A program made the position numbers and the translations under genes. A stretch of 24,000 nt of DNA from Candidatus Caldarchaeum sp. Lineage in GTDB: Archaea; Thermoproteota; Nitrososphaeria_A; Caldarchaeales; Caldarchaeaceae. Shown here piece after piece: positions 8,482 to 17,613 of this stretch (within the stretch, counting starts at the first letter, position 1; each line of letters opens with the position of its first letter). The stretch is taken from the NCBI GenBank assembly GCA_033580815.1, contig JAVQUC010000010.1, positions 1 through 24,000 on the forward strand, read 5' to 3'. The notes under the pieces were generated by a model, which ran no database searches, was not told the DNA's origin, and saw only the letters and a list, made by a program, of their open reading frames with translations.

Positions 8482-8868
8482 ATGTTCAAAGAAATAATAT
8501 TCACCGAAAAAGCTCCCAAACCAATTGGCCCGTATTCGCAGGCTGTACGAGTCGGCGACTTGCTTTTCTTGTCAGGGATGCTAGCGATAAACCCTGCGAC
8601 CGGCAAAGTCGAGGGTACAGACGTTAAGGCACAGACGAGAAGGGCGTTAGAAAACGCCAAAGCTATCCTCGAATCCGCCGGCTTCGATTTGAAGGACGTG
8701 GTCAAGGCGACGGTTTACCTCGCGAAACCTGAGGATTATGAGGGTATGAACGAAGTTTACCGAGAATATTTCCCGGAAAAACAGCCGGCGAGAACGACGG
8801 TATCGGTTCACTTTCCTTTGAAAGAAATTCTGGTCGAAATAGATTTCATCGCTTGGAAACGGGCTTGA
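8482..8868 (+). CDS. ridA: RidA/YjgF/UK114 family protein
   Basis: EKAPKPIGPYSQAVRVGDLLFLSGMLAINPATGKV...VVKATVYLAKPEDYEGMNEVYREYFP...ARTTVSV..LPL-type ending; classic family motifs. A TATA-like ctataaaac lies about 28 nt before the ATG. Confidence 0.93.
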   Translation: MFKEIIFTEKAPKPIGPYSQAVRVGDLLFLSGMLAINPATGKVEGTDVKAQTRRALENAKAILESAGFDLKDVVKATVYLAKPEDYEGMNEVYREYFPEKQPARTTVSVHFPLKEILVEIDFIAWKRA

Positions 8869-10969
8869 ACTCGAGGACTTCGAGAGGATGGAAAACGGGC
8901 TTGCCAGACCCGTCGCCAATATGGATGCTGCAGACACTGCTTGTTGACACGACGTAGTCGCATCCGCTGTTTATCAGCAGTTGGAAGAGTGGTTCCCCGA
9001 CAGCGTTTGAAAGTTCATAGCCCATTATCCCATGTTTCATCCCGAAGGTCCCGGCCATGCCGCAGCATGTTCCGGTTTCCACGAAGACCGCGTCCACACC
9101 AGCCGTCGTCAATAGTTCATGAACATTACGGCATGCGTCGAAAGCTCTTTCATGACATGGAATGTGGACAGCTGCTTTCCCTTTGATGAGTGGTTTGACT
9201 TCGAGTTTCTTCTCAGAGACCAAATTGAGCAGTAGCTCGTAGACTGAAGTTGTTGCGGCAGCTACTCTTTCAGCTTCAACGATGTCGGGTAACAGTTTTG
9301 GGTAAACATGTTTGAGAGCATATGTAGCCGTTGGCTCGATTGAAACTAACCTATTCTTTCCATCTAAGTACTTCGCGAGGTTTTTGACGTTGTATTCAGC
9401 CGTCCGTCTCGCTTTGTCGAGGTCTCCATAAGCAACGTATGGATAACCGCTCGACCGCTGCGGCGGAAAAGCAACGGACAAGCCTACGCTTTCTAGTGCT
9501 TCAACTACTTTGATTCCGAGGTCTGGCCTGATGTAACGGGCGTAGAAATCTAAAAAGAGAACAACCTCGGCCGTTTCTCTCCTATTCTTGAACAGTTTGT
9601 CGAACGGCTTAGCGGCTACTTTCGGAAGTTTTCGCCTCGGTTCTATGCCCAGAAAAGTCCTCATTAAACTTCGCATTTTCTTCGATTCTATCAGGGCGTT
9701 GAAAAGGGATGGAAAACGGGAGCCTATGCTGTAGGCTCGTTCGTAGTTTTCGACAACCTTGTTGACAAAAAGTTGTCCTCCCATCTTGATGTGTCGGTAC
9801 TTGACTTCTGCTATCATCATCGGCATGTCTATTATGGCTGGGCAGATCTCTTTGCATAAACCGCATGAAATACAGAGCGGCGCGAATTCCGCTGCCTTGT
9901 CGAGCCCGTGGACGAATGCTGTCCATGGTATACCGATGGGCCCTGTGTATATGTGGCCGAAAACGTGCCCTCCAACCGTGGCGAATGTCGGACATATGTT
10001 CATGCATGCCCCGCATCTAATGCAGTAGAGGGCTTCGCGGAAGAATTGGTCTTTGCTCATCTTCGACCTCCCGTTGTCGATGATTAAAACAATCATTTCT
10101 CTGTCTTGGTTTTCGCCGAGAGGGTTACGACCGCTGATGAAGGAAACGTATGTCGTCAGTGTTTGACCTGTTGAGCTGATGGGATGGGCGAGTATAAGCT
10201 TTATAGCATCTTCGACCGTAGCTACGATTTTTTCGAAACCCATCACCGCTATGTAGGTTGATGGAGGGATGTTGCCCAGCCGGTCATTACCTTCGTTTGT
10301 TTCGACCACGATTGTCCCGGTTTCGGCGATGGCAATGTTTACTCCCGTTATTCCGATGTCAGCTGAGAGGAAGACCTCGCGCAAGTATTGTCTTGCGAAC
10401 ATCATCAATTCAGCAATATCATCGCCTATTCTTCTCCCGGCGGCCTTAGAAAATATTTCAGCAACGTCATGACGGGTTTTGTGAACGGCTGGATATACTA
10501 GATGGAAAGGCTTTTCGCCGGCGAGCTGGATAATTAACTCTCCTAAATCCGTTTCAACAATTCTCAATCCTCTTTTTTCGAGATAGTTGTTTAGCTCGAT
10601 TTCCTCAGTTGTCATAGATTTGCTTTTCGAAAGGAGCTTCGCCTTTTTCTCGACTGCGATTCGATAGATAGTTTCACAAGCTTCTTCGGCGTCTTTGGCC
10701 AGATAAACCTTGACACCCCTTTTTTCGCAGTTCGTGATAAAGCGCTGAAGTAGGTCGTCAATGTTTTCGATAGCTTTTTCTTTAATCTCCCTAACATCGT
10801 GGCGGAATTTCTCAAAATCCGGCATCATCTCGGAAATGGTTTGTTTCCTTTTCTGAAGGGTTCGGAAGAGAGCGTCTCTCAGATAGTTTCTCCATTCGGT
10901 CTTTGGCAGGACTGCCGCTACTTTCTCCGACAGCTCGAGGTATATTTGATGGGCTTTTTTCACAGCCAT
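8846..10969 (-). CDS. LutB-LutA-like fusion: LUD domain, two 4Fe-4S ferredoxin motifs, and a CCG cysteine-rich domain
   Basis: 707 aa. CIRCGACMNICP and CISCGLCKEICP ferredoxin motifs, then IPCHERAF...TGTCCGMAGTFGMK CCG motif. N-terminal region is LUD/LutB-like. Confidence 0.85.
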   Translation of the reverse strand: MAVKKAHQIYLELSEKVAAVLPKTEWRNYLRDALFRTLQKRKQTISEMMPDFEKFRHDVREIKEKAIENIDDLLQRFITNCEKRGVKVYLAKDAEEACETIYRIAVEKKAKLLSKSKSMTTEEIELNNYLEKRGLRIVETDLGELIIQLAGEKPFHLVYPAVHKTRHDVAEIFSKAAGRRIGDDIAELMMFARQYLREVFLSADIGITGVNIAIAETGTIVVETNEGNDRLGNIPPSTYIAVMGFEKIVATVEDAIKLILAHPISSTGQTLTTYVSFISGRNPLGENQDREMIVLIIDNGRSKMSKDQFFREALYCIRCGACMNICPTFATVGGHVFGHIYTGPIGIPWTAFVHGLDKAAEFAPLCISCGLCKEICPAIIDMPMMIAEVKYRHIKMGGQLFVNKVVENYERAYSIGSRFPSLFNALIESKKMRSLMRTFLGIEPRRKLPKVAAKPFDKLFKNRRETAEVVLFLDFYARYIRPDLGIKVVEALESVGLSVAFPPQRSSGYPYVAYGDLDKARRTAEYNVKNLAKYLDGKNRLVSIEPTATYALKHVYPKLLPDIVEAERVAAATTSVYELLLNLVSEKKLEVKPLIKGKAAVHIPCHERAFDACRNVHELLTTAGVDAVFVETGTCCGMAGTFGMKHGIMGYELSNAVGEPLFQLLINSGCDYVVSTSSVCSIHIGDGSGKPVFHPLEVLEFKPVSKR

Positions 10970-11574
10970 GTTAGGGCCACCGAAAGAACAGCGTGAGGAC
11001 CGTGAATACCCATGACTAGCCTTTGCTCGATGTCGCCGGACCTGCTCGGTCCAGAGATGAGCGTTACCGTGGATGTTCTCCGCTCAGTAGCTCGTCGAAT
11101 GACTTCAGCCACATCATGAACAGAACGCAAAACTGTTGTCTTTTTCAAAAAGCTCACGTATGTTTTGGGCAGGCTGGACAAAAGTCTCTCGAGGTCGTCG
11201 AATGCAACTTCAACCAAGCTGCCGGTCTCTGCTACAGCGCAAGCCGCCGTCGAAACGCCGGCGTCCACTGTTTTGATAATCTTGGTTGGATCGGGCGCAG
11301 AATCTTTTGTGAATATACTCACATCCGCTCTACGTAGTTCCTTTGTTAAAAAGGGCTCGAGCTCGGAGGGTATGTTTGAAAGAAAAACGGACTGAACCCG
11401 GTGTCTGCTTAGGAAATCTGCAACCAGTCGGGCGGCTTCATCAGGGTCGTGGGCGGACGCGAAACTGCCACCCAGCGATTCAAACCTAAACTTGAAAACT
11501 TCTAACAGGTCAGACAACATGAAACAGCCTCCACTCACAATATGGAACAGATGTTTCATTTTTAGTTTTTCCAC
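10960..11574 (-). CDS. LUD domain protein (LutC/YkgG-like)
   Basis: 204 aa: VSTAACAVAETGSLVEV...GPSRSGDIEQRLVMGIHGPHAVLSVAL is the LutC/YkgG signature. Its stop overlaps the downstream start by about 10 nt. Confidence 0.85.
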   Translation of the reverse strand: MEKLKMKHLFHIVSGGCFMLSDLLEVFKFRFESLGGSFASAHDPDEAARLVADFLSRHRVQSVFLSNIPSELEPFLTKELRRADVSIFTKDSAPDPTKIIKTVDAGVSTAACAVAETGSLVEVAFDDLERLLSSLPKTYVSFLKKTTVLRSVHDVAEVIRRATERRTSTVTLISGPSRSGDIEQRLVMGIHGPHAVLSVALTWL

Positions 11575-11636
11575 TCAAATAAACTTTGTCATGGTCTCCA
11601 TCTTAGTAGATTCCGGTGGATGCTTAAATCCGTGTC

Positions 11637-12017
11637 GTGCATCCGAAGTTCATGAAATACAGGCTGATGGACATCCTCGCTTGTCCGATGTGCAGGAAGT
11701 TTCCTTTGAAGCTCTCAGTTTTCGAAAGGCGGGAAATCAGCGCACCGCCCAACATCAGACAATGCGATATCTTCTGCGGATACCATGATGGGTTCGTCAA
11801 GGACCTGCCTAAGACTGAATGCGTTAGATGCTACGGCTTAGAAATAACTACCGGTTTAGTCGAATGCAGTTCTTGTGGTAGATGGTATCCGGTTGTAGAA
11901 GACATTCCGCGCATGCTGCCTGACGACTTGCGAGACGCAAAGCTCGACAAGTCCTTCGTCGAACAATGGCAGCAGGTTCTCCCCAAACATGTCGTCGACA
12001 GCGTCAAGCGCGAGTAG
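11637..12017 (+). CDS. Trm112-like zinc-binding protein
   Basis: MDILACPMCRKFPLKL...CVRCYGLEITTGLVECSSCGRWYPVVEDIPRMLPDDLRD. The start may be the internal ATG at about 11652. Confidence 0.8.
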   Translation: MHPKFMKYRLMDILACPMCRKFPLKLSVFERREISAPPNIRQCDIFCGYHDGFVKDLPKTECVRCYGLEITTGLVECSSCGRWYPVVEDIPRMLPDDLRDAKLDKSFVEQWQQVLPKHVVDSVKRE

Positions 12018-13458
12018 CCGCCTCCAAACCCAGCTTCTCAGCCCTCGTCCATTTAGGCTTCCGCCTCAAAATCAAGATGTCTATTATTGCCTTGAAAGCG
12101 ATCAAGTCCAGTAGATGTTTGTAGCCGACAACGGCAAACGGTGCGTAAACAACGAGGCGGACGTCTTCCCCTTCCATGTCCAAAGCAGTCATGGAGATTA
12201 GTAGCTGGAGTAAGGAAAAGGCGGCGAAAAGCTTTAGAACGTACCAAAGTCCACCGTAGAGAATTATCAGCACTGCGGCTGGAATGGCCGCCACACCGAG
12301 AACCGGTATGACGACCTGCTGCACAACCATCAACGGGAAAATCAGATAGGTGAGGAACCCGTACCTAGAAACTCTAAAAGCATCTGAATGCCTTAGGAGC
12401 ACTTGTATGTTTCCCCGGTACCATCGGAGACGCTGACGGTAAAGGCTCGATAGCTTGGAAGGGGCCTCCGTGTATGCGAAAGCGCCCGGTGGTGACTGGA
12501 TAACGCCTCCGGTTTTCAACAGTTTGACAGTGAGGTCGAAATCCTCTGTCAGCGTGACTCTGTCGTATTTTCCGACTGCGACCGCCTCTTTCCTTCTGAA
12601 GGCAGCGAGCGGCCCCGGCATAACCTGGACGACGCCGTAGTATGAAGTTGCCCTTCGCACGATGTTTAGCTGAGTAACATATTCGAGCGCCTGGTTTTTT
12701 GTCAGCCAATTTACAGGGTTCACAACCTTGACGTTGCCGGCGACCCCAACGACTTTTGGATCCTTGAAAGGAGCCAGAAGGTGTTTGAAGGTGTCGCGAG
12801 TTACGATGCTGTCGGCGTCGACGACCACTATTATCTCCCCGGTCGCGAACAACATCCCAAAATTTAGCGCCGAAGCCTTACCTCCATTGGGTTTGCGCAA
12901 AACCATCACACCATGCTTGACGTATCTGCTCGCGACGTCGTAGGTACCGTCGGTGCTGCCGTCGTCGACGACGATGATCTCCTTGCTAGGGTATTCTGCT
13001 TCTAAAAGCGCTTCGATACAATGGCCTATCCATTTCTCCTCATTGTAGGCCGGAACTATCACGCTTACCGGCGCAACAAAGTATTCCTTCTCCATCTTTT
13101 TCTCCTCCCGCCTGTAAAACGCTAACGAGAGCGGAAGGAATAACATGTTTGAAAGGAAGAGAACTGTGAAGCTCGAAATCATGATGGGCCTATACCATTC
13201 CCTGTAGAAGTTAAACTCCTCGACGAACACTAGTAGCGAAGTTAGTATCGGTACGACTACAATAAGAAAACCAATTAAGGTCTTTTTTTCACTTTGGTTT
13301 GGTTTTCGCGTCGCAAACAGACCGTACACAAAGTAGGCGAGACATAACAGAGCCGAGGCGATGAAGGCGTAGACAGCAGTTATGCTTCCGACCACAAAGG
13401 GGATAAGGGCAATGGTTGCGAAAGCGGTGCTCACCGAAATTATGATGGTTGTTCTCAA
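12004..13458 (-). CDS. Membrane-anchored family-2 glycosyltransferase (processive, BcsA/PgaC-like)
   Basis: 484 aa. N-terminal TM helices; [36 protein letters not shown] and QRLRWYRG motifs; C-terminal TM helices. Confidence 0.9.
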   Translation of the reverse strand: MRTTIIISVSTAFATIALIPFVVGSITAVYAFIASALLCLAYFVYGLFATRKPNQSEKKTLIGFLIVVVPILTSLLVFVEEFNFYREWYRPIMISSFTVLFLSNMLFLPLSLAFYRREEKKMEKEYFVAPVSVIVPAYNEEKWIGHCIEALLEAEYPSKEIIVVDDGSTDGTYDVASRYVKHGVMVLRKPNGGKASALNFGMLFATGEIIVVVDADSIVTRDTFKHLLAPFKDPKVVGVAGNVKVVNPVNWLTKNQALEYVTQLNIVRRATSYYGVVQVMPGPLAAFRRKEAVAVGKYDRVTLTEDFDLTVKLLKTGGVIQSPPGAFAYTEAPSKLSSLYRQRLRWYRGNIQVLLRHSDAFRVSRYGFLTYLIFPLMVVQQVVIPVLGVAAIPAAVLIILYGGLWYVLKLFAAFSLLQLLISMTALDMEGEDVRLVVYAPFAVVGYKHLLDLIAFKAIIDILILRRKPKWTRAEKLGLEAATRA

Positions 13459-13495
13459 ACTGCCTATGCAGTAAATGTTTCGTGGATTATTTAAG

Positions 13496-13570
13496 GGCCG
13501 AGGGCGAGATTCGAACTCGCGCCGCAGGGTCCACAGCCCTGAGGGCTAACCAGGCTACCCCACCTCGGCC
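13496..13570 (-). tRNA. tRNA-His (anticodon GTG)
   Basis: G(-1)-GCCGAGG-T8-G9-GGGT-A14-GCCTGGTTA-GCCC-T-CAGGG-CTGTGGA-CCCTG-CGGC-GCGAG-TTCGAAT-CTCGC-CCTCGGC-C73. G(-1) and C73 fit tRNA-His. Confidence 0.94.
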
Positions 13571-13581
13571 ATGTAGCCAAA

Positions 13582-14352
13582 TCAGTTTGATGATTGCTCG
13601 ATTCTTAAATTTTTGTCCGAGAGGGCTTGCTTGAGGAACAAAAGAATGGCTTGGAGGTCTTCGTAGGATGTTCTTTTGACGCGTGTTTCCAAGAGCCTGT
13701 CTGATAGAGGGGAAAGCTCTACGGCTTTTGTCGCGGTTCTCTTGGTTCCGTAGGTCCACAAAACGTTTCTCAAGGCGTTTCTGGTTTTGCTGGTGCTTTG
13801 ACGAAGAAAATCGATCATAGCTTCTTGCAGCGGTGTTTTTTCCGTCGGCCGAAGTAGGATATGGGCTAGCTTGCCTGGGTACGGTGGTTGGCAGATGTTC
13901 CCATCAAAAAATTCAACCACCTCGGGTTTGTAGGCCAAAGATGCCTTGAGACCTATGGCGGTTTTTGTAGTTACGATGTTCTCAGCGAATTTTTTAGGCG
14001 TCAAGAGCGACATCGGAACGGGTTTTCTTAGATGTCTCATCAGGATTGGTTCGAGGAGGCTGAAGGGTGGGTTTGAAATGATTTTCGTATAGGGTGGAAG
14101 CCTAGTTTTGAGTATGTCGGCGACTATTATTCTTACGTTTCTCAACTCTGCTGTCGCGTTTCTCAGTAATGGCACGAGGGTGGCGTCATTTTCGACGGCG
14201 TAAACCAGCTTCGCCGCTTTCGCTGCCTCAACCGTCAAAGCTCCAACTCCCGCTCCGATGTCCAGCACGATATCGGAAGCGCTGACTTCAGCCCTGTCGA
14301 CTATTTTCCTGACAACGGACTCGTCTGTCAGGAAATGCTGGTCCCGAGCCAA
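13582..14352 (-). CDS. KsgA/Dim1-family rRNA adenine dimethyltransferase-like protein (divergent)
   Basis: 256 aa: MARDQHFLTDESVVRKIVDRA...VLDIGAGVGALTVEAAK...VYAVENDATLVPLL...ISNPPFSLLEPIL. Overall architecture matches the family, but motif IV is atypical. Confidence 0.8.
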   Translation of the reverse strand: MARDQHFLTDESVVRKIVDRAEVSASDIVLDIGAGVGALTVEAAKAAKLVYAVENDATLVPLLRNATAELRNVRIIVADILKTRLPPYTKIISNPPFSLLEPILMRHLRKPVPMSLLTPKKFAENIVTTKTAIGLKASLAYKPEVVEFFDGNICQPPYPGKLAHILLRPTEKTPLQEAMIDFLRQSTSKTRNALRNVLWTYGTKRTATKAVELSPLSDRLLETRVKRTSYEDLQAILLFLKQALSDKNLRIEQSSN

Positions 14353-14353
14353 T

Positions 14354-14671
14354 TTAATCCGGCCAGCTCCAAGTCTTGTACAGGAGGAAGCTGTCGCCCC
14401 TTCTGAAGAACCTGTGTTTGACCGTGTTCCAGTCGACGGTTTCTGGTGGAAGGTCTTGCTGTTTTTCTTCTGCGGGTATTATGCGAAAGCCTACGACGTC
14501 TCCCAGTGAAGAGCCCATGGGTTTTTGTGATTTTTCGATGTTGTTAATGACTGCAGTGGCTCCGAGGTTGAGGGCCTGCTCGAATGTTTCGACGACCCCC
14601 GTGTGGGGAAGCACTTTTGATAAGCTATCCCAGCCAAGTCCCTGCCTGAAAACCAGCACCTTCCACGGCAT
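14354..14671 (-). CDS. Hypothetical protein
   Basis: 105 aa ORF directly upstream of the KsgA-like gene (1-nt gap), same strand; no recognised family. Confidence 0.5.
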   Translation of the reverse strand: MPWKVLVFRQGLGWDSLSKVLPHTGVVETFEQALNLGATAVINNIEKSQKPMGSSLGDVVGFRIIPAEEKQQDLPPETVDWNTVKHRFFRRGDSFLLYKTWSWPD

Positions 14672-14731
14672 GACGGTTACACACGTCGTGGGTGAAATTT
14701 ATAGAAATGTCCATAGCAATCTTTGGCAGAG

Positions 14732-15274
14732 ATGCTGCGCGTCAACCGAACTGAGCTTGTGTGTTTGAAAGGGGACATTACGGAAGTTGACGCTGAGGCA
14801 ATAGTGAACGCCGCTAATCAATACCTTAAGATGGGAGGAGGTGTTGCGGGAGCGATTCTAAGGAAAGGCGGCCCCTCGATTCAGGAGGAATGCGACCGAA
14901 TAGGATACTGTCCCGTCGGTGGAGCCGTCATCACCGGAGCCGGCCGTCTAAAGGCAAAATACGTTATACACGCCGTTGGGCCGCGGATGGGTGAAGGAAA
15001 CGAAGAGCGGAAGCTTCGCGACGCCGTCATCAACAGCTTAAAACTCGCGGATATCCACGGAGTAAAAACTATCGCCTTCCCGGCGATATCAACGGGTGCC
15101 TTCGGATACCCGGTCGAAGAAGCTGCCCGAGTGATCATAACGGCCGCGATCGACTACGTGATGCGGGAAAACACGTCGCTTACGAAAATCCTTTTCGTGC
15201 TCTACGACGAAAAAAGTTACGATGTCTTCAAGAGGGTTCTCGAGGCTTCCCCCAACCCGAATACTCGGGCATAG
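14732..15274 (+). CDS. Macro-domain (ADP-ribose-binding / deacylase-type) protein
   Basis: [39 protein letters not shown]...[25 protein letters not shown]...[19 protein letters not shown]: canonical macro-domain motifs. Confidence 0.95.
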   Translation: MLRVNRTELVCLKGDITEVDAEAIVNAANQYLKMGGGVAGAILRKGGPSIQEECDRIGYCPVGGAVITGAGRLKAKYVIHAVGPRMGEGNEERKLRDAVINSLKLADIHGVKTIAFPAISTGAFGYPVEEAARVIITAAIDYVMRENTSLTKILFVLYDEKSYDVFKRVLEASPNPNTRA

Positions 15275-15743
15275 AACGCGCATCGACATCGTGGAGTTTC
15301 TGTCTGGAAAACCGTGAAACACGGTACAACGCCACAGCGGACATGGAGAGAATCATCATGCCTATCGATAAGCCGACGATAGATTCAGGGGTCATGTTGA
15401 GGGCGTGAAAAACCGAAGCCGCAGCTCCCACAATCAAAGATGTTACGAGGAAAGGAACAGACCCAGCCATGGAAAAAGCTGCCACAATCATCAACAACAC
15501 TTGGAAGAATGCAAGCGGCAGACCCGGCACAGCCGTGAACAAGTTGGGGAAAAATAAGCTATAGGGCACGTACGCTAAGAGCATTAATCCGGAAAATACC
15601 TGCAGCTTCGTGGTCTTCGCCAATGGTTTCTCATCGGATTGTTTAAGGGTAAATTCGGCTCCGCAGTTGGGACACTCTGCCTTCCACGCCTGCAACCTGT
15701 ACCTTGCTCCACAGTTGCTGCAGACGAAGAGGTATCGCTTCAA
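15228..15743 (-). CDS. Zinc-ribbon membrane protein of unknown function
   Basis: 171 aa. N-terminal [21 protein letters not shown] zinc ribbon followed by about four hydrophobic helices. Start overlaps the upstream Rieske stop by 4 nt. Confidence 0.75.
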   Translation of the reverse strand: MKRYLFVCSNCGARYRLQAWKAECPNCGAEFTLKQSDEKPLAKTTKLQVFSGLMLLAYVPYSLFFPNLFTAVPGLPLAFFQVLLMIVAAFSMAGSVPFLVTSLIVGAAASVFHALNMTPESIVGLSIGMMILSMSAVALYRVSRFSRQKLHDVDARSMPEYSGWGKPREPS

Positions 15744-16054
15744 TCGCTCAACTCCACGTGGACGAAACCATCCTTCACCACCGTTTTGTACGTCTTCAGG
15801 GGTTTGAGCTCTTCGTCGAATTCGGCCTCACCGGTTTCGAGGTCCCATACCGCCGCGTGACCCGCGCATACAACCTTCTTGCCCTCGAGAACCCCCTCCG
15901 AGAGGTCCCATTCTTCGTGACTGCATAGAGCATCCATCGCGTAGAAGACGCCTTCAACGTTAGCCAACAAAATATGCCGGCCCTCGACATCATAGGTTTT
16001 CATAGAACCTTGCGGAAGTTCCTTGACATCGGCCACTCTGACCAAACGAGTCAT
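15740..16054 (-). CDS. Rieske-type [2Fe-2S] ferredoxin-like protein
   Basis: 104 aa with CSHEEW (CxH) and CAGHAAVWDLETG (CxxH) motifs. Confidence 0.9.
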   Translation of the reverse strand: MTRLVRVADVKELPQGSMKTYDVEGRHILLANVEGVFYAMDALCSHEEWDLSEGVLEGKKVVCAGHAAVWDLETGEAEFDEELKPLKTYKTVVKDGFVHVELSD

Positions 16055-16096
16055 GTCGGTTTCTTCTCGTTATTGGTGATAATATGGTTTTTGGCA

Positions 16097-16240
16097 TTAC
16101 GTCGGGTATTTGTCGGGGTTTTTGTCGAAGATGGTTTTGCAGTGGGCGGAGCAGAAGTAGATGGTTTTTCCGGCGCGTTGTGAAGTGTGCTTTGTTTTTG
16201 AGGGGTCGACGGTCATTTTGCAGACTGGGTCGACGGCCAT
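16097..16240 (-). CDS. 47-aa YHS-domain protein
   Basis: Missing from the supplied ORF track (under 60 aa). Manual translation: MAVDPVCKMTVDPSKTKHTSQRAGKTIYFCSAHCKTIFDKNPDKYPT*. DPVCxMxVD, YFCSAHC and F..NPxKY are the YHS pattern. Confidence 0.85.
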   Translation of the reverse strand: MAVDPVCKMTVDPSKTKHTSQRAGKTIYFCSAHCKTIFDKNPDKYPT

Positions 16241-16299
16241 GCGAACAAGGGGTCTAGGGTTTTTTTATGTTTTAATAGGGCTGCCGGCACCTTTTGACC

Positions 16300-17274
16300 A
16301 TGCAGGACGTTTACGACGTCATCGTAATAGGGGGAGGGCCGGCGGGCTACACAGCCGCGATATACACGTGCCGAGCCAACCTCAAGACTTTGGTCATCGC
16401 CGGGATTGAGGCCGGTGGTCAGCTGATGCTCACGCGTGAAGTAGAAAACTATCCGGGGTTCAGCAACGGCGTACTAGGACCAGACCTGATGGAAAACATG
16501 AAACAACAGGCCATCAACCAAGGAGCTGAAATAATCTTCGATAACGCATCCGGAGTCGACTTTAGAAAACATCCCTTTGAGGTCTTCGTTGGAGATGAGA
16601 AGTACCGTGCTAAGGTCGTGATCGTTGCGACGGGTGCTTCTCCGAAGTGGCTCGGTCTGGAAGGTGAAAAAAGGCTTCTAGCCCGTGGTGTTTCCAGCTG
16701 CGCGACCTGCGACGGCCCGCTTTTCAAAGGAACTGATGCGACCGTTGTGGTGGGTGGAGGGGACACGGCCATGGAATACGCCCTCTTCCTCAGCAACCTC
16801 GTCTCCAAAGTCTATGTAGTCCACCGTCGGGACAACCTCCGCGCCTCCAAGGTATTGGCGGAGAGAGCGATGAAAAACCCGAAAATCACCTTTGTTTGGA
16901 ACAGCGTCGTGACGGACATAATCGGCCAGAACAAGGTCGAGGCTGTTAAAGTGAAAAACCTCAAAACTGGCGAGGTGTCCGAGATAAAGACCCAGTCAGT
17001 GTTCGTCGCCATCGGCCACAAGCCCAACACCGAAATCTTCGCCGATCAGCTTGAGCTAGACGAAGAGGGTTACATCAAGCTCTACGACAGTATGCGGACC
17101 AGCGTTCCCGGAGTTTTCGCGGCGGGAGATGTTCACGACAAGCGTTACAGGCAGGCCGTCACTGCGGCCGGGTTCGGATGCATGGCTGCGATGGAGGCCA
17201 TAAGATTCATTGAAAGCGGTGAAGCTGAAAAAATTCTTCAAACCTCTACAAAAATTTCGTCCTCAACCACGTGA
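16300..17274 (+). CDS. trxB: Thioredoxin reductase
   Basis: VIVIGGGPAGYTAAIYTCRANL, CATCDGPLFKG redox motif, VVVGGGDTAMEYA, and GVFAAGDV. ATG at 16300 follows the TTG start shown in the ORF track (16294). Confidence 0.93.
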   Translation: MQDVYDVIVIGGGPAGYTAAIYTCRANLKTLVIAGIEAGGQLMLTREVENYPGFSNGVLGPDLMENMKQQAINQGAEIIFDNASGVDFRKHPFEVFVGDEKYRAKVVIVATGASPKWLGLEGEKRLLARGVSSCATCDGPLFKGTDATVVVGGGDTAMEYALFLSNLVSKVYVVHRRDNLRASKVLAERAMKNPKITFVWNSVVTDIIGQNKVEAVKVKNLKTGEVSEIKTQSVFVAIGHKPNTEIFADQLELDEEGYIKLYDSMRTSVPGVFAAGDVHDKRYRQAVTAAGFGCMAAMEAIRFIESGEAEKILQTSTKISSSTT

Positions 17275-17546
17275 ATTGGATAAGTTTTTAGGGGTTTCGT
17301 CGCGGGGGGATTAAGAACTTCTCCGGTCTCCAGCTTGAACCTCGAAAGATGGACCGGGCAGGTGATTGTCTTGTCGAAAACCAGACCATTGACAAGCTCA
17401 GCGTAATCATGGGTGCAGATGTTCGAGACTGCGTAAACCTTTCCCGCATGCCTCAAAACCAAAATCTGTTCATCTTGGTATGTGATGACTTTCGAATCAC
17501 CTTCGGTTAGGTCGGATGACCTACAAACCTTCAAGAGGTTCGGCAC
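17238..17546 (-). CDS. Rieske-type [2Fe-2S] ferredoxin-like protein (second copy)
   Basis: 102 aa with NICTHDYAELVNG (CxH) and TCPVHLSRFKLETGE (CxxH) motifs. Tail-to-tail overlap of 37 nt with trxB. Confidence 0.88.
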   Translation of the reverse strand: MPNLLKVCRSSDLTEGDSKVITYQDEQILVLRHAGKVYAVSNICTHDYAELVNGLVFDKTITCPVHLSRFKLETGEVLNPPATKPLKTYPIHVVEDEIFVEV

Positions 17547-17613
17547 GACGACTCGGTATGAAGGCTTTTCTTTATATTTTGACGAACGACACTGTTTTGG
17601 CGGATATACTTTG

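Noticed and set aside
13495-13495. Extra C at the 3' side of tRNA-His, initially suggesting that G(-1) is not encoded
   Set aside because: Realignment with T8, A14 and A21 shows G(-1) is encoded at 13570 and C73 is at 13496, so the tRNA-His is normal.
14376-14768. 130-aa plus-strand ORF
   Set aside because: Antisense to the 105-aa ORF and runs into the macro-domain gene in another frame. No motif supports it, though the minus-strand alternative is itself only moderately supported.
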